A stretch of DNA of 64,000 nucleotides from Thermodesulfobacteriota bacterium (GTDB taxonomy: Bacteria > Desulfobacterota_D > UBA1144 > Nemesobacterales > UBA2774): positions 1,120,001 to 1,184,000 of the forward strand of contig OY729416.1 in NCBI GenBank assembly GCA_963422265.1, written 5' to 3'. How positions within the stretch are numbered: position 1 is the first letter of the stretch; each line of letters starts with the position of its first letter. Under the pieces are notes generated by a model. It saw nothing but the letters and a program-made list of their open reading frames with translations, did not search any database and was not told where the DNA came from. The translations under genes were made by a program, and so were the position numbers. Positions 44,572 to 55,109 of the stretch are shown here, one piece after another.

Positions 44572-45906
44572 CTAAATTATATACCTGCTCAAATCCCTGT
44601 CCTTTACGATGTCGGCAATTTTGTCCTTTACGTAAGTAGCGTCTATTACTATTTTGTCTTCGGTCATATCAGGGGCGTTAAAGGAAATGTCCTCAAGCAT
44701 CTTCTCCATAATCGTATGCAGTCTTCTAGCCCCGATGTTCTCCGTTGATTCATTCACGCTTTGGGCAGTCTCGGCAATTTCCTTAATCGCATCCGTGGTA
44801 AAGATGATTTCTATATCCTCCGTGCGCATCAATTCAGCGTATTGCTTAAGCAGTGCATTCTTGGGCTGAGTCAATATATCCACGAAATCATCAATCGTTA
44901 AAAGCTCAAGCTCTACCCTAATGGGAAACCTTCCTTGAAGCTCCGGTATAAGGTCAGAGGGTTTTGAAACATGAAAAGCTCCCGCCCCTACAAAAAGTAT
45001 ATGGTCGGTCTTTACCATACCGTGCTTCGTATTAACTGAGCACCCTTCAATGATTGGTAGCAGGTCCCTTTGGACTCCCTCTCTCGACACGTCTGGTCCC
45101 ACGGCGCTTTCACGCCCCGCCACTTTGTCTATCTCATCTATGAATATGATCCCTGATTCCTCTACTCTCGTGATCGCCAACTTCACTACGTTATCCAAAT
45201 CTATAAGCTTTTGTGCCTCCTCCTCTACTAGAACCCCTATTGCGTCAGGAACTTTGACTTTTCTTTTTTTTGTTTTCTTAGGAAACAGGTTGCCGAGCAT
45301 ATCTGATATATTCACGTCCATTTCCTCAGTTCCAGCATTAGAAAAGACCTGTATTGGAAAATTCTTAGACGTAACCTCTATATCTACAAGTCTTTCATCA
45401 AGCTTGCCTTCCCTCAAAAGTTTTCTCAGCTTCTGTCTAGTTTCGCTGCTGGCACCTTGCTCCGAATCTCCATCTTCGCCGGAAGTCGGTAATAAAAGGT
45501 CTAGCATTCTTTCCTCGGCAAGATCCTCCGCCTTAGCCCTTACCGATTCCTTCTCTTCATCGGTTACTATCTTAATGGCTATATCAGTCAGGTCTCTTAT
45601 CATAGATTCTACGTCCCTCCCGACGTAACCAACCTCGGTAAACTTAGAAGCCTCAACTTTCAGAAAGGGAGCCTGAGCCAGCTTTGCGAGCCTTCTTGCT
45701 ATCTCAGTCTTGCCAACCCCAGTAGGACCGATCATAAGTATATTCTTAGGGGCTATCTCATCTTTTAGCTCAGGGGATACTTGCCTTCGCCTCCATCGGT
45801 TTCTAAGGGCAATTGCCACCGCCCTTTTAGCCTTTTTTTGACCTATGATGTATCTATCTAGTTCTGAAACTATCTCTCTTGGCGTAAAAAAGGCTCTATC
45901 ACTCAT
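44572..45906 (-). CDS. hslU: ATP-dependent protease ATPase subunit HslU
   Basis: [33 protein letters not shown]. Confidence 0.97.
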   Translation of the reverse strand: MSDRAFFTPREIVSELDRYIIGQKKAKRAVAIALRNRWRRRQVSPELKDEIAPKNILMIGPTGVGKTEIARRLAKLAQAPFLKVEASKFTEVGYVGRDVESMIRDLTDIAIKIVTDEEKESVRAKAEDLAEERMLDLLLPTSGEDGDSEQGASSETRQKLRKLLREGKLDERLVDIEVTSKNFPIQVFSNAGTEEMDVNISDMLGNLFPKKTKKRKVKVPDAIGVLVEEEAQKLIDLDNVVKLAITRVEESGIIFIDEIDKVAGRESAVGPDVSREGVQRDLLPIIEGCSVNTKHGMVKTDHILFVGAGAFHVSKPSDLIPELQGRFPIRVELELLTIDDFVDILTQPKNALLKQYAELMRTEDIEIIFTTDAIKEIAETAQSVNESTENIGARRLHTIMEKMLEDISFNAPDMTEDKIVIDATYVKDKIADIVKDRDLSRYII

Positions 45907-46444
45907 TAGATTCAAGCACCTCGACAGTTATATTCTCATTGGTATATATACATATTTCAGAAGCCGTTTTTAGGGACTCATGGGCGATTGCTTCAGCATC
46001 TAGCGGTGAATGCTTTGAGAGAGCTTTCGCCGCCGCCTGCGCATACGAACCCCCCGAGCCAATGGCAATGATGCTATCATCGGGCTCAAGCACGTCGCCG
46101 CTTCCTGAGATAAGAAACATGCTCTTGTTATCCGCAACCGCAAGCAGCGCCTCTAATCTCCTGAGCACCCTGTCAGTTCGCCAATCCTTGGCGAGCTCAA
46201 CCGCAGCCCTCTTTAGATTCCCTCTATATTCCTCTAGCTTCGCCTCAAAATTGTCAAACAGCGTCATAGCATCCGCTGTAGCCCCTGAAAACCCAACTAA
46301 TACCTTATTATCAAAGATTCTTCTAACCTTGGTCGCTGAATGTTTGATAGCGGCGTGCCCCAGGGTAACCTGACCATCCCCAGCCATTGCCACTTTGCCT
46401 TCTTTTCTGACGCAGGCTATCGTCGTTCCGTGAAAGTTTGCCAT
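45899..46444 (-). CDS. hslV: ATP-dependent protease peptidase subunit HslV
   Basis: HGTTI, GDGQVT, IGSGG, CIYTN. Confidence 0.97.
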   Translation of the reverse strand: MANFHGTTIACVRKEGKVAMAGDGQVTLGHAAIKHSATKVRRIFDNKVLVGFSGATADAMTLFDNFEAKLEEYRGNLKRAAVELAKDWRTDRVLRRLEALLAVADNKSMFLISGSGDVLEPDDSIIAIGSGGSYAQAAAKALSKHSPLDAEAIAHESLKTASEICIYTNENITVEVLESNE

Positions 46445-47365
46445 TTATGCCCTCGGGTGCGTCCTATCGTAAACCTCCATTAGTCTTTCAACAGAAGTAT
46501 GCGTATATCTCTGGGTAGCAGAAAGGCTCGTATGCCCTAGCATTTCCTGAATAGAGCGAAGGTCGGCTCCCCCACTGAGCAGATGAGTAGCAAACGTATG
46601 CCTTAATACGTGAGGACTCACATTTTTAGGTATGCCGGAGATAGCCGCGTATTTCCTTACTATATTATCCACGCTCCGCGCCGTAAGCCTACCCCCCCTT
46701 GAATTAACAAATACGCAGTCCGCCTTAGGTTTAAGCTCAATCCTTTTTCGCAAGTAGTTCCCTATTTTAGCCACCGCCTTTGAGCCTATCGGCACCTTCC
46801 TCTCTTTGTCTCCCTTTCCAAGCACCCTTACCGTTGACCCATTCAAATCTAAATCGTCCAGATCTACGCCTACAAGCTCGCTTACCCTGATACCGCTGGA
46901 GTAGAGGAGTTCAAGCACAGCGCCGTCTCTTACCTCAAGCGGCTTTTCCGAACCAGGCGTTTCTACCAGCTTTATGACCTCGTCCACCGTCAAAAAAGTC
47001 GGGAGCCTTTTCTCTACTCGAGGCATAGGAACTAGCTTAGCTATATTATTCTTTGCGTAACCACTTTTTATAAGAAAATTGAAAAATGCCCTTACCGAGG
47101 CGATCTTTCTTGAAATTGAGTTCTTGGAATTTCTTTTGTAAAGCCAACCTATATAAAATCGGACGGCATTTTTATCCAAATAGGACGCTTCATCAACTTT
47201 GCCAACCCTGAGCGGTATATTCTCACCCTGCGTCGCTAGCACATTATTTTTCTTCAAAGTTCGACAAAATTCTTCCACATCGGCAACGTAGGCTCTCAGC
47301 GTGTGCTTTGAGTAGTTTCTTTCAGAGCTAAGATAATTCTTAAAGCTTTGGATATGTTCACGCAT
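46445..47365 (-). CDS. xerC: Tyrosine recombinase XerC
   Basis: LYSSGIRVSEL, GKGDKER, HVLRHTFATH, LGH...TQRY; conserved xerC-hslVU order. Confidence 0.88.
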   Translation of the reverse strand: MREHIQSFKNYLSSERNYSKHTLRAYVADVEEFCRTLKKNNVLATQGENIPLRVGKVDEASYLDKNAVRFYIGWLYKRNSKNSISRKIASVRAFFNFLIKSGYAKNNIAKLVPMPRVEKRLPTFLTVDEVIKLVETPGSEKPLEVRDGAVLELLYSSGIRVSELVGVDLDDLDLNGSTVRVLGKGDKERKVPIGSKAVAKIGNYLRKRIELKPKADCVFVNSRGGRLTARSVDNIVRKYAAISGIPKNVSPHVLRHTFATHLLSGGADLRSIQEMLGHTSLSATQRYTHTSVERLMEVYDRTHPRA

Positions 47366-47373
47366 GACCTATT

Positions 47374-47481
47374 ATTATAAGCATGCCATTCTAACTTTCA
47401 ATAACGATACAGTTTTTAAGAACCAACAGCTAGACACCGAAAATTGTCTTGGTTTACATACAGGGCTTATGCCTTTATAAT
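47374..47481. promoter_or_regulatory. Divergent sigma70 promoters for xerC (-) and trpF (+)
   Basis: Minus: TTGAAA-16-TATAAT (47401-47374); plus: TTTACA-17-TATAAT (47453-47481). Confidence 0.6.
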
Positions 47482-47492
47482 CTCCCTTGTTC

Positions 47493-48107
47493 ATGATAAG
47501 GGTAAAAATATGCGGAATTACAAATATAAACGACGCTTCCACCGCTGTAGAGTCAGGGGCGGATGCACTTGGGTTCGTGTTCTATAAGGATAGCAAAAGA
47601 TATATCGAGCCCGCAAGGGCATATGAAATCATCTCACTCCTACCCCCTTTCATAACAACGGTAGGAGTTTTCGTGAATCCCAGCATACAGGAAATTAAGG
47701 ACGCCGTGGACGCTTCAGACGTTGACGCCGTTCAATTACACGGTGATGAAACGCCAGAGTTTTGCGGCACTTTACCCTATAAGACTATAAAAGCCATAAG
47801 GGTAAGAAGCGTAATCCTTCACGATAACATTGAACTTTATCCCGTTCAAGCTATTCTCTTTGACAGCTATTCAGACGTAGAATACGGCGGAACTGGAAGA
47901 GGCTTCTCTAAAAATCTTTTAAGGGGAGTCAGTTTTTCCAAACAGATCATCCTTTCCGGGGGACTTAACCCCGATAACGTAGAGGAGGCGATCTCCACCG
48001 TCCAACCTTATGCCGTTGACGTCAGTACTGGAGTTGAGGATAGCCCCGGAAAGAAGAACGCGTCTAAGGTAAGACAATTTATAGAGGTGGTGAAGAATGC
48101 AGGCTAG
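47493..48107 (+). CDS. trpF: Phosphoribosylanthranilate isomerase
   Basis: VKICGIT, VQLHGDE, GGTG, LSGGL, DVSTGVE; TTG at 47487 is an alternative start. Confidence 0.95.
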   Translation: MIRVKICGITNINDASTAVESGADALGFVFYKDSKRYIEPARAYEIISLLPPFITTVGVFVNPSIQEIKDAVDASDVDAVQLHGDETPEFCGTLPYKTIKAIRVRSVILHDNIELYPVQAILFDSYSDVEYGGTGRGFSKNLLRGVSFSKQIILSGGLNPDNVEEAISTVQPYAVDVSTGVEDSPGKKNASKVRQFIEVVKNAG

Positions 48108-49305
48108 ATCAGTTATGCCTGACGATCTTGGGCATTTTGGCGCATACGGAGGCAGATATGTTTCGGAAACCCTTATGCCGGCTATTTCACAACTGGAAAA
48201 GGCATACCTTGAAATTAAGGATGATCCGGAGTTTCAAAAAGAGGTGGCGTATTATCTTTCAGAATACGTTGGGCGTCCGACGCCGCTTTACTTCGCCGAG
48301 AGGATGACCAAGGAGCTAGGAGGAGCAAAAATCTACCTTAAGCGCGAGGATCTCGCTCATACGGGGGCGCACAAAATTAACAATACTATAGGTCAGGCTC
48401 TCTTGGCGTCCCGAATGAATAAGAAAAGAATCATAGCCGAGACAGGGGCGGGACAGCACGGCGTAGCCACAGCTACGGTGGCAGCCCTGCTCAACGTTGA
48501 GTGCGAGATATTTATGGGGCTTGAAGACACGAGGAGACAAGCTCTCAACGTAATAAGAATGAAGCTCTTGGGCGCAGAAGTAAGGGAGGTAACCCAGGGC
48601 ACTCAGACGCTCAAGGATGCGATGAATGAAGCGATGAGGGACTGGATCACCAACGTCAGGGATACGTTTTACATTATCGGGAGCGTGGCGGGACCTCACC
48701 CCTACCCTATGATAGTAAGGGATTTTCAATCGATTATAGGAAGAGAGACTAAAAAACAGATCCTCGGAAAAGAGGGACGCTTACCGGATCTGCTCGTAGC
48801 GTGCGTAGGGGGAGGCTCTAATGCAATGGGTCTTTTCTATCCTTTTATTAACGACAAAGCCATTGGGATGACAGGCGTAGAAGCAGCAGGCGCTGGGATA
48901 CATAAGGGAAATCACGCTGCCAGCATATCGGATGGCACGGTTGGTGTTCTTCACGGAAGCAAAACTTACCTTCTTCAAGACAAAAACGGGCAGGTAAAGG
49001 GCACCCATTCAATAGCGCCAGGACTCGACTATCCGGGCGTAGGCCCCGAGCACTCCTACCTAAGTGACATAAAGCGAGTTACATATACTAACGTAACCGA
49101 CGAGGAAGCCCTTAAGGGATTTAAGTTCATATCTGAAACCGAGGGAATAATCCCTGCTCTCGAGTCCGCCCATGCAATAGCATATTCAACCAAAGTAGCG
49201 CCGCAAATGCCTAAGGACTCAGTGATTGTAATCTGTCTTTCAGGTAGAGGGGACAAGGATATTAATGCGGTAGCTGAATACTTAAAGAGCGGTTTTGGGC
49301 AGTAA
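48097..49305 (+). CDS. trpB: Tryptophan synthase beta chain
   Basis: [32 protein letters not shown]. Confidence 0.97.
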   Translation: MQARSVMPDDLGHFGAYGGRYVSETLMPAISQLEKAYLEIKDDPEFQKEVAYYLSEYVGRPTPLYFAERMTKELGGAKIYLKREDLAHTGAHKINNTIGQALLASRMNKKRIIAETGAGQHGVATATVAALLNVECEIFMGLEDTRRQALNVIRMKLLGAEVREVTQGTQTLKDAMNEAMRDWITNVRDTFYIIGSVAGPHPYPMIVRDFQSIIGRETKKQILGKEGRLPDLLVACVGGGSNAMGLFYPFINDKAIGMTGVEAAGAGIHKGNHAASISDGTVGVLHGSKTYLLQDKNGQVKGTHSIAPGLDYPGVGPEHSYLSDIKRVTYTNVTDEEALKGFKFISETEGIIPALESAHAIAYSTKVAPQMPKDSVIVICLSGRGDKDINAVAEYLKSGFGQ

Positions 49306-49404
49306 GGGCGCCCATCTTGACTTTAACCTTTGAGGTGTTAGAGTTACCTTAATAATGCTATTTTAGGTTGGCACTTTCTAGTAAAGTACGGGTGACATCT
49401 CCAT

Positions 49405-49436
49405 AGAATCGGCAAACGTCAGAATCGGCAAACGTC
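49405..49436. repeat. Perfect 16-bp tandem duplication
   Basis: AGAATCGGCAAACGTC x2. Confidence 0.9.
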
Positions 49437-49532
49437 AACATAGACCAGTTTAATAGACCTAACGTCTTGACGTGCTCATAACAAACTAGCTTTTCCACCA
49501 TTTTCAAATTACAAACATGACAAATTACATAC

Positions 49533-50351
49533 ATGGATAGAATAGCAAACAAGTTTCACGAGCTTCAACGAAGGGGGAGAATCGCCTTAGTTACCTATAT
49601 AACCGCGGGCGATCCCTCACTTGATCTTACACCACGGCTAGTACACACGCTAGAGCAAAGCGGAGCCGATATTGTTGAGCTTGGCGTTCCTTTCTCTGAC
49701 CCTATGGCTGATGGACCTGCAATCCAACTAGCTTCGGAGCGCGCCATTGAAAACGGCGCTACGCTTAAAGGCGTTCTTGATAAGGTAAAACTCATAAGAA
49801 AAGATTCTGAGGTGCCTATTATCATATTCGGATACTACAATCCGTTTTTTAGCTATGGGCTTAGACAATTCTCAGAGGATGCCGCAGAGGCTGGGGTAGA
49901 TGGAGTTCTGGTAGTGGATCTCCCCCCTGAAGAAGTTGCGGAATTCAAAGTTCACACGGATAGAGTGGGTCTTGACTTCGTATTCCTTCTTGCCCCTACA
50001 AGCACAGGTGAAAGAATTGACCTCGTGGCAGACCGTGCGAGCGGGTTTATATACCTCGTTTCCGTTACGGGAGTAACAGGTGAGAGACCCAATATGGATT
50101 ACGCCCTTGATTCGCTTACTACCCGGATAAGACAGTCTACTAGTCTTCCCATTGGAGTAGGTTTTGGTATCTCCTCGCCAGATCAAGTTGGTAAAATCGC
50201 CGAGTTTGCCGATGCTGTCGTAATTGGTAGCGCCATCGTCCGAATCATTGAGAAATATGGAAGTAAAAGAGAAAAGCTCCTAAATGAACTCTCGGAATTT
50301 GTAAGCACGTTAAGCGAGGCGTGTGAAAAACCACGATCAGTGCTAAGATAA
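49533..50351 (+). CDS. trpA: Tryptophan synthase alpha chain
   Basis: ELGVPFSDPMADGP, YYNP, SVTGVTG, GFGIS. Confidence 0.96.
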   Translation: MDRIANKFHELQRRGRIALVTYITAGDPSLDLTPRLVHTLEQSGADIVELGVPFSDPMADGPAIQLASERAIENGATLKGVLDKVKLIRKDSEVPIIIFGYYNPFFSYGLRQFSEDAAEAGVDGVLVVDLPPEEVAEFKVHTDRVGLDFVFLLAPTSTGERIDLVADRASGFIYLVSVTGVTGERPNMDYALDSLTTRIRQSTSLPIGVGFGISSPDQVGKIAEFADAVVIGSAIVRIIEKYGSKREKLLNELSEFVSTLSEACEKPRSVLR

Positions 50352-50374
50352 AGGCTTTTTAAGGTATAAAATGG

Positions 50375-51700
50375 ATGAAAGACAGTAGTAGATACCTGTT
50401 TATAGGTGAGTTCGACTCGCTCCTTTTAGGGCTTTTTTCAAAACGTGGAGAGGTCGTATGGGTAAGCTCTCTCAGCGAAGCCCTCAACCAGACTGGAAAT
50501 TTCTCGACAATTGTAATTGACAGCGATACTTTTTCTCCAGACGTCTCGCAGGAATTGTTAGCCCGTTACCCTCAAACGCCCATAATCGTAAGCAACGGCG
50601 AGGAGCGTAGAGAACCCCCTTCTTTTGTCAGGTTCGTCGCTTTTGACTCTATACTGTCAGACCAGATTGGGAAAGAGGAAACCCTTGCGAGAACAGAGCT
50701 TAGAGTAGAGGAACTAAGGAGCATTCACGCAGGTGCAAAGAAGCTATTGATACTGCTGCACGACCATCCTGATCCAGATTCCATAGCAAGCGCCCTTGCG
50801 CTAAGGACTTTGTTAAAGAGAAATAAGCAAACGGCGATTATAGGACATCTGGGCGACAAGATTTCTCGTCCCGAGAACGTTGCTATGATAGAGCTTTTAG
50901 AAATAGAACTCTACGAGCTAACGCTAGATAAGCTGAAGGATTTTGATTCCATAGCACTAGTTGACGTGCAACCCCCTTTTTTCAGAGAGAGCCTTCCCCC
51001 TGTGGATACTGTGATAGACCATCACCCAATGGCTGGTTCGTATGAGGCTAAATTTAAGGAAATACAAGCTCAAGAAGGTGCTACTTCTACTATACTGACA
51101 AAGCTGCTTAGGTCCTCCCAAGTGGACATATCCGAGAGACTAGCCACGGCGCTTTTATACGGCATAAAAACCGATACCATCACTTTGAACCGCGATGCTA
51201 ACCCAGACGACCTGGAGGCTTTTATGTTTTTGTATCCACACGCGAACCTTGCTCTCCTAAGAAGAATTGAGAGAGCCGAAACTCCTCCGTCTGAGATAAA
51301 GTCTCTCGGTCGAGCTCTTGCTAATCACTGGGTCAGGGAAGGCATTTTCTTTATCAACGTAGGTAGGGTTAGCAGGGAATATCTAATTCCAAAGACTGCC
51401 GATTTCGGAGTGAAGGTAAAGGGTATAGAGTGGTGCGTAGCATTCGGCATATTGGACAACTCCCACCTGATAATATCGGTAAGAAACGTGGGCTACGTAA
51501 AAAGTGCAGGTCGTTTGGTAAGGGACATATTTAAGAATATCGGAAGCGCGGGCGGGCACCGCTCCGCGGCTAAGGTCGTTATATCTCTAAGCAAAGTGAG
51601 AAACATTATAGGTAAAAGCTCCCAATATCAAATCTCAAAATGGCTCACGCAGCAATTTGCCAACGCTATTGACAAAGGAGTAGAAGAGGAAAGGAACTAA
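50375..51700 (+). CDS. DHH family phosphoesterase
   Basis: HDHPDPDS, LVD, IDHH, GIKTDT, AGGH. Confidence 0.88.
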   Translation: MKDSSRYLFIGEFDSLLLGLFSKRGEVVWVSSLSEALNQTGNFSTIVIDSDTFSPDVSQELLARYPQTPIIVSNGEERREPPSFVRFVAFDSILSDQIGKEETLARTELRVEELRSIHAGAKKLLILLHDHPDPDSIASALALRTLLKRNKQTAIIGHLGDKISRPENVAMIELLEIELYELTLDKLKDFDSIALVDVQPPFFRESLPPVDTVIDHHPMAGSYEAKFKEIQAQEGATSTILTKLLRSSQVDISERLATALLYGIKTDTITLNRDANPDDLEAFMFLYPHANLALLRRIERAETPPSEIKSLGRALANHWVREGIFFINVGRVSREYLIPKTADFGVKVKGIEWCVAFGILDNSHLIISVRNVGYVKSAGRLVRDIFKNIGSAGGHRSAAKVVISLSKVRNIIGKSSQYQISKWLTQQFANAIDKGVEEERN

Positions 51701-51760
51701 TGGCCGCTCCTGAATCAAGTAGAGGACAAGCGGGGGCGTGCCTTACGTAGTCATGCAGAA

Positions 51761-52690
51761 ATGAGAATAGTATTTATGGGAACGCCTGAATTTGCGGCGC
51801 CATCCCTTAAAGCCCTGATCAACTCTGAGAATGAAGTAGTTGCGGTGGTAGCCCAACCCGACAAACCAAAAGGCAGAGGGCGTAAACTCTCATCACCCCC
51901 CACAAAGCTGATCGCTCTTCAACATGGCATCCCAACGCTACAACCTGAAAAAATAAGAACAAAAGGGTTTTTACGTCAGATGAATGAGCTGGACCCTGAC
52001 GTGGTCTGCGTAGTAGCTTATGGTAAAATACTTCCCAAGAGTATATTGAGCCTTCCGCGTTACGGATGTATCAACGTGCACGCGTCTTTACTCCCCAAGT
52101 ATAGGGGCGCAGCACCGATTAACTGGGCTATTGTCAGGGGAGAGACGATTACAGGTATAACAAGCATGCAGATGGACGAAGGCATGGATACAGGGGATAT
52201 GCTTCTCGCAAAAGAGGTTGAAATTAAGTATGATGACACTGGTGAAAGCCTGTCCTACAAACTTTCAACTCTTGGCGCGGAGCTTCTGATAGAAACCCTT
52301 AATCTACTAAAACAGGGGGAGTTGACTCCCAACAAGCAGGATGAATCCCAAGCTACTTATGCCCCTATGATAAAGAAAGGGGATGGCGAAATAGACTGGT
52401 GTTTGCCCGCCCATGAGATAAGGAATTTAATAAGGGGTATGCTGCCGTGGCCCGGGGCTTATACCTTCATTAACGGCGGCATGCTCAAAATCTATAATGC
52501 CGAGATAGCTGAGGTGTCCGGTAAAGCTGGCGAGGTAATAAAGTCTGAATCCGGAATCCTTACGGTCTCCACAGGCAAAGGCTCGTTGAACATCCTTGAG
52601 CTTCAGATAGAAGGAGGGAAAAGACTGGACGTAAAAGCGTTTCTATCCGGAAGAAAAATTGATAAGGGTGCTATTCTAGGAACGGCATAG
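51761..52690 (+). CDS. fmt: Methionyl-tRNA formyltransferase
   Basis: FMGTPEFA, QPDKPKGRG, NVHASLLPKYRGAAPI. Confidence 0.96.
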   Translation: MRIVFMGTPEFAAPSLKALINSENEVVAVVAQPDKPKGRGRKLSSPPTKLIALQHGIPTLQPEKIRTKGFLRQMNELDPDVVCVVAYGKILPKSILSLPRYGCINVHASLLPKYRGAAPINWAIVRGETITGITSMQMDEGMDTGDMLLAKEVEIKYDDTGESLSYKLSTLGAELLIETLNLLKQGELTPNKQDESQATYAPMIKKGDGEIDWCLPAHEIRNLIRGMLPWPGAYTFINGGMLKIYNAEIAEVSGKAGEVIKSESGILTVSTGKGSLNILELQIEGGKRLDVKAFLSGRKIDKGAILGTA

Positions 52691-52778
52691 ACTATAAAGA
52701 TATTTGACAAACATTACTTAAGTTGATCGCCAACCGCACTTTTGTCAAAGAGAAAGTCTGTGATAGTATATTCATCTT

Positions 52779-53330
52779 ATGTTGCAGATACTTACAGGTG
52801 CCGTAAGGGGCAAAAAGCTAAGGGTGCCAAAGGGAAGCAAGGTTCGTCCCACAACCAGCAGGGTAAAAAAATCTATATTTGATACGCTCGGTGATATAAG
52901 CGGATTAAAGGTATTGGATATATTTGCTGGATCAGGGGGTCTCGGAATAGAGTCGTTAAGCCGAAGTGCCCGTCACGTCACTTTCGTCGAGAGGGATCCC
53001 CACGTCTTCAAGGTACTTTCCGAGAATGTGCATAGATGTGGGTTCAAGGAGCAGGTGACGCTTTATTGCTCAGACTATCGGCGGGCGTGCGAAAAGCTGA
53101 GAAAGGGAGGGAAAACTTATGAGCTAATCTTTATAGACCCTCCATATCCATTGTATAATAAGAAGAAAGTTATAGACGTTGTAAGCGAAGCTAAAGGACT
53201 GTTAGAAGAAGGTGGACTTATAGTTATAGAGCACGATCATAAGATAGACGATGCGGTAGAGGGGTGTGAAAGGATTACGAAGCCCTTTGGAGGAACACAC
53301 GTTAGTTATTTTAGGAAGCAAAGGACATGA
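52779..53330 (+). CDS. rsmD: 16S rRNA m2G966 methyltransferase
   Basis: RPTT, LDIFAGSG, ESLSR, DPPY; upstream of coaD. Confidence 0.92.
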   Translation: MLQILTGAVRGKKLRVPKGSKVRPTTSRVKKSIFDTLGDISGLKVLDIFAGSGGLGIESLSRSARHVTFVERDPHVFKVLSENVHRCGFKEQVTLYCSDYRRACEKLRKGGKTYELIFIDPPYPLYNKKKVIDVVSEAKGLLEEGGLIVIEHDHKIDDAVEGCERITKPFGGTHVSYFRKQRT

Positions 53331-53809
53331 ACAGAATAGCCATATACCCCGGGTCTTTTGATCCCTTTACGAGGGGGCATCTAAATGTGATCGGGCGCGG
53401 CGTAAAGGTTTTCGATCAGGTAATCGTAGCAGTCGCTAACAATGCATCAAAAAAAAACATATTTACCCTTGAGGAGAGGGTTGATATACTAAATGAGTTA
53501 TTCACGGGGAGAGAGGACGTAAAGGTAGATTACTTTGAGGGGCTCCTAGTAGATTACGTGAAAAGAATGGGGACGAATGTGGTTCTGAGGGGTATGAGAA
53601 CCGTTTCGGATTTTGAATATGAGCTGCAAATGGCACTTGCCAATAAAACGCTCAACTCCGAGCTCGAAACGGTATTTATGGTTACCGATAGTGAGTTCTC
53701 GCACATAAGCTCGTCGGTGATAAGAGAAGTGGTTTCCCTTAATGGCTCGGCTAAGCACATGGTGCCTGACATAGTAGAAGAGAGGCTAAGAAGAACGCTT
53801 TTAAGATAG
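53327..53809 (+). CDS. coaD: Phosphopantetheine adenylyltransferase
   Basis: YPGSFDPFTRGH, RGMR..SDFEYE, ISSS. Confidence 0.96.
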   Translation: MNRIAIYPGSFDPFTRGHLNVIGRGVKVFDQVIVAVANNASKKNIFTLEERVDILNELFTGREDVKVDYFEGLLVDYVKRMGTNVVLRGMRTVSDFEYELQMALANKTLNSELETVFMVTDSEFSHISSSVIREVVSLNGSAKHMVPDIVEERLRRTLLR

Positions 53810-53848
53810 ATAGAGTACTGAGCAGCTTATGGAAGGGAGAAAGTAACC

Positions 53849-55045
53849 TTGATTAAACTATCCGCTCGCGCAGAAAGATTGCAGCCCTCGGCCACCCTTA
53901 CAATTACGGCAAAGGCAAAAGCTCTGAAGTCACAGGGAATAGACGTTATAGGCTTCGGTGCTGGTGAGCCTGATTTTGACAGCCCCAATCACGTTAAAGA
54001 AAGTGCTATTAAGGCTATAGAGGACGGCATCACTAAATATACTGCCGTAGGAGGTATAGACGAGCTTAAGGACGCGATACTCAAGCGCATGAATAAGGAC
54101 TATGGTCTTGAATATGAAAGATCCGAGCTAATTACATCAGTTGGGGCAAAGCATACGCTCTATAATATCGCCCAGGTGCTTTTCGATACGGGCGATGAAG
54201 TGATTATACCAGCTCCCTACTGGGTTTCTTATCCCGAGCAGGTAAGACTCGCTGGGGCGCGACCCGTCATACTGCAAACTCAAGAAGAACAGGGGTTTAG
54301 GATTAACGTCTTGCGGTTAAAGGCTGAGATCAATCCAAATACCAAAGCCCTTATCCTAAACTATCCCTCTAACCCAACGGGGACGACTTATGATGAAGCC
54401 GCACTAAGGGCAGTAGTCGACGTAGCGATGGACGCGGGGCTAATAATTATTTCAGACGAAATTTACGACAAGATAACTTACGCCGGTGTTAAACACGTCC
54501 CAGTCGCCACACTGGGCGCGGACGTCAAAAAAGCAACTATTCTCGTAAATGGGGTTTCAAAAACCTACTCTATGACCGGCTGGAGAATAGGATACGCCGT
54601 CGGCGACAAACAGGTAATAAGCGCTATGAGCAAGCTGCAGGGACAGTCAACTTCTAATCCGACTTCAATCTCCCAATGGGCGGCGGTCGCAGCCTTTACC
54701 GAATCCCAGGACGTTATATACGATAGAACGAGGGAGTTTGAGAATAGAAAGAACTACGTAGTGGACAGGTTAAATTCTATTGACGGCATAAACTGTTTTG
54801 ACCCACAAGGGGCTTTCTATGCCTTCCCAAACGTATCGGGCTACTTTGGAAAAGCATATAAAGGCAAGATGATAAGCGACTCGCTTGACTTTACGGAGTT
54901 CTTACTAGATGAAGCCAAAGTCGCCGTGGTGCCGGGCGTTGCCTTTGGGTCGGACAACTACATCAGAATATCCTATGCGACCTCAATGGATGATATTAAA
55001 GAAGGGCTCGATAGAGTGGAACAAGCCCTTAATAAGCTCGCTTAA
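53849..55045 (+). CDS. PLP-dependent aspartate aminotransferase family
   Basis: GEPDF, PSNPTG, SDEIY, SKTYSMTGWRIG. Confidence 0.92.
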   Translation: MIKLSARAERLQPSATLTITAKAKALKSQGIDVIGFGAGEPDFDSPNHVKESAIKAIEDGITKYTAVGGIDELKDAILKRMNKDYGLEYERSELITSVGAKHTLYNIAQVLFDTGDEVIIPAPYWVSYPEQVRLAGARPVILQTQEEQGFRINVLRLKAEINPNTKALILNYPSNPTGTTYDEAALRAVVDVAMDAGLIIISDEIYDKITYAGVKHVPVATLGADVKKATILVNGVSKTYSMTGWRIGYAVGDKQVISAMSKLQGQSTSNPTSISQWAAVAAFTESQDVIYDRTREFENRKNYVVDRLNSIDGINCFDPQGAFYAFPNVSGYFGKAYKGKMISDSLDFTEFLLDEAKVAVVPGVAFGSDNYIRISYATSMDDIKEGLDRVEQALNKLA

Positions 55046-55109
55046 AGGGCACACTCAAAAAATTTCCCTTTCCCCCCCCCTACTTCATAATTTTCCCCAG
55101 TCCTACGGG

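Noticed and set aside
37820..45628. Long antisense ORFs (37820-38437, 45050-45628 and similar)
   Set aside because: Shadow frames of conserved guaB and hslU, with no motifs
46445..47365. Tyrosine recombinase as a mobile-element integrase
   Set aside because: Sequence and xerC-hslV-hslU order indicate chromosomal XerC
54909..55109. N-terminal extension of the 472-aa ORF
   Set aside because: Overlaps the aminotransferase by 137 bp and runs through a poly-C tract; not signal-peptide-like
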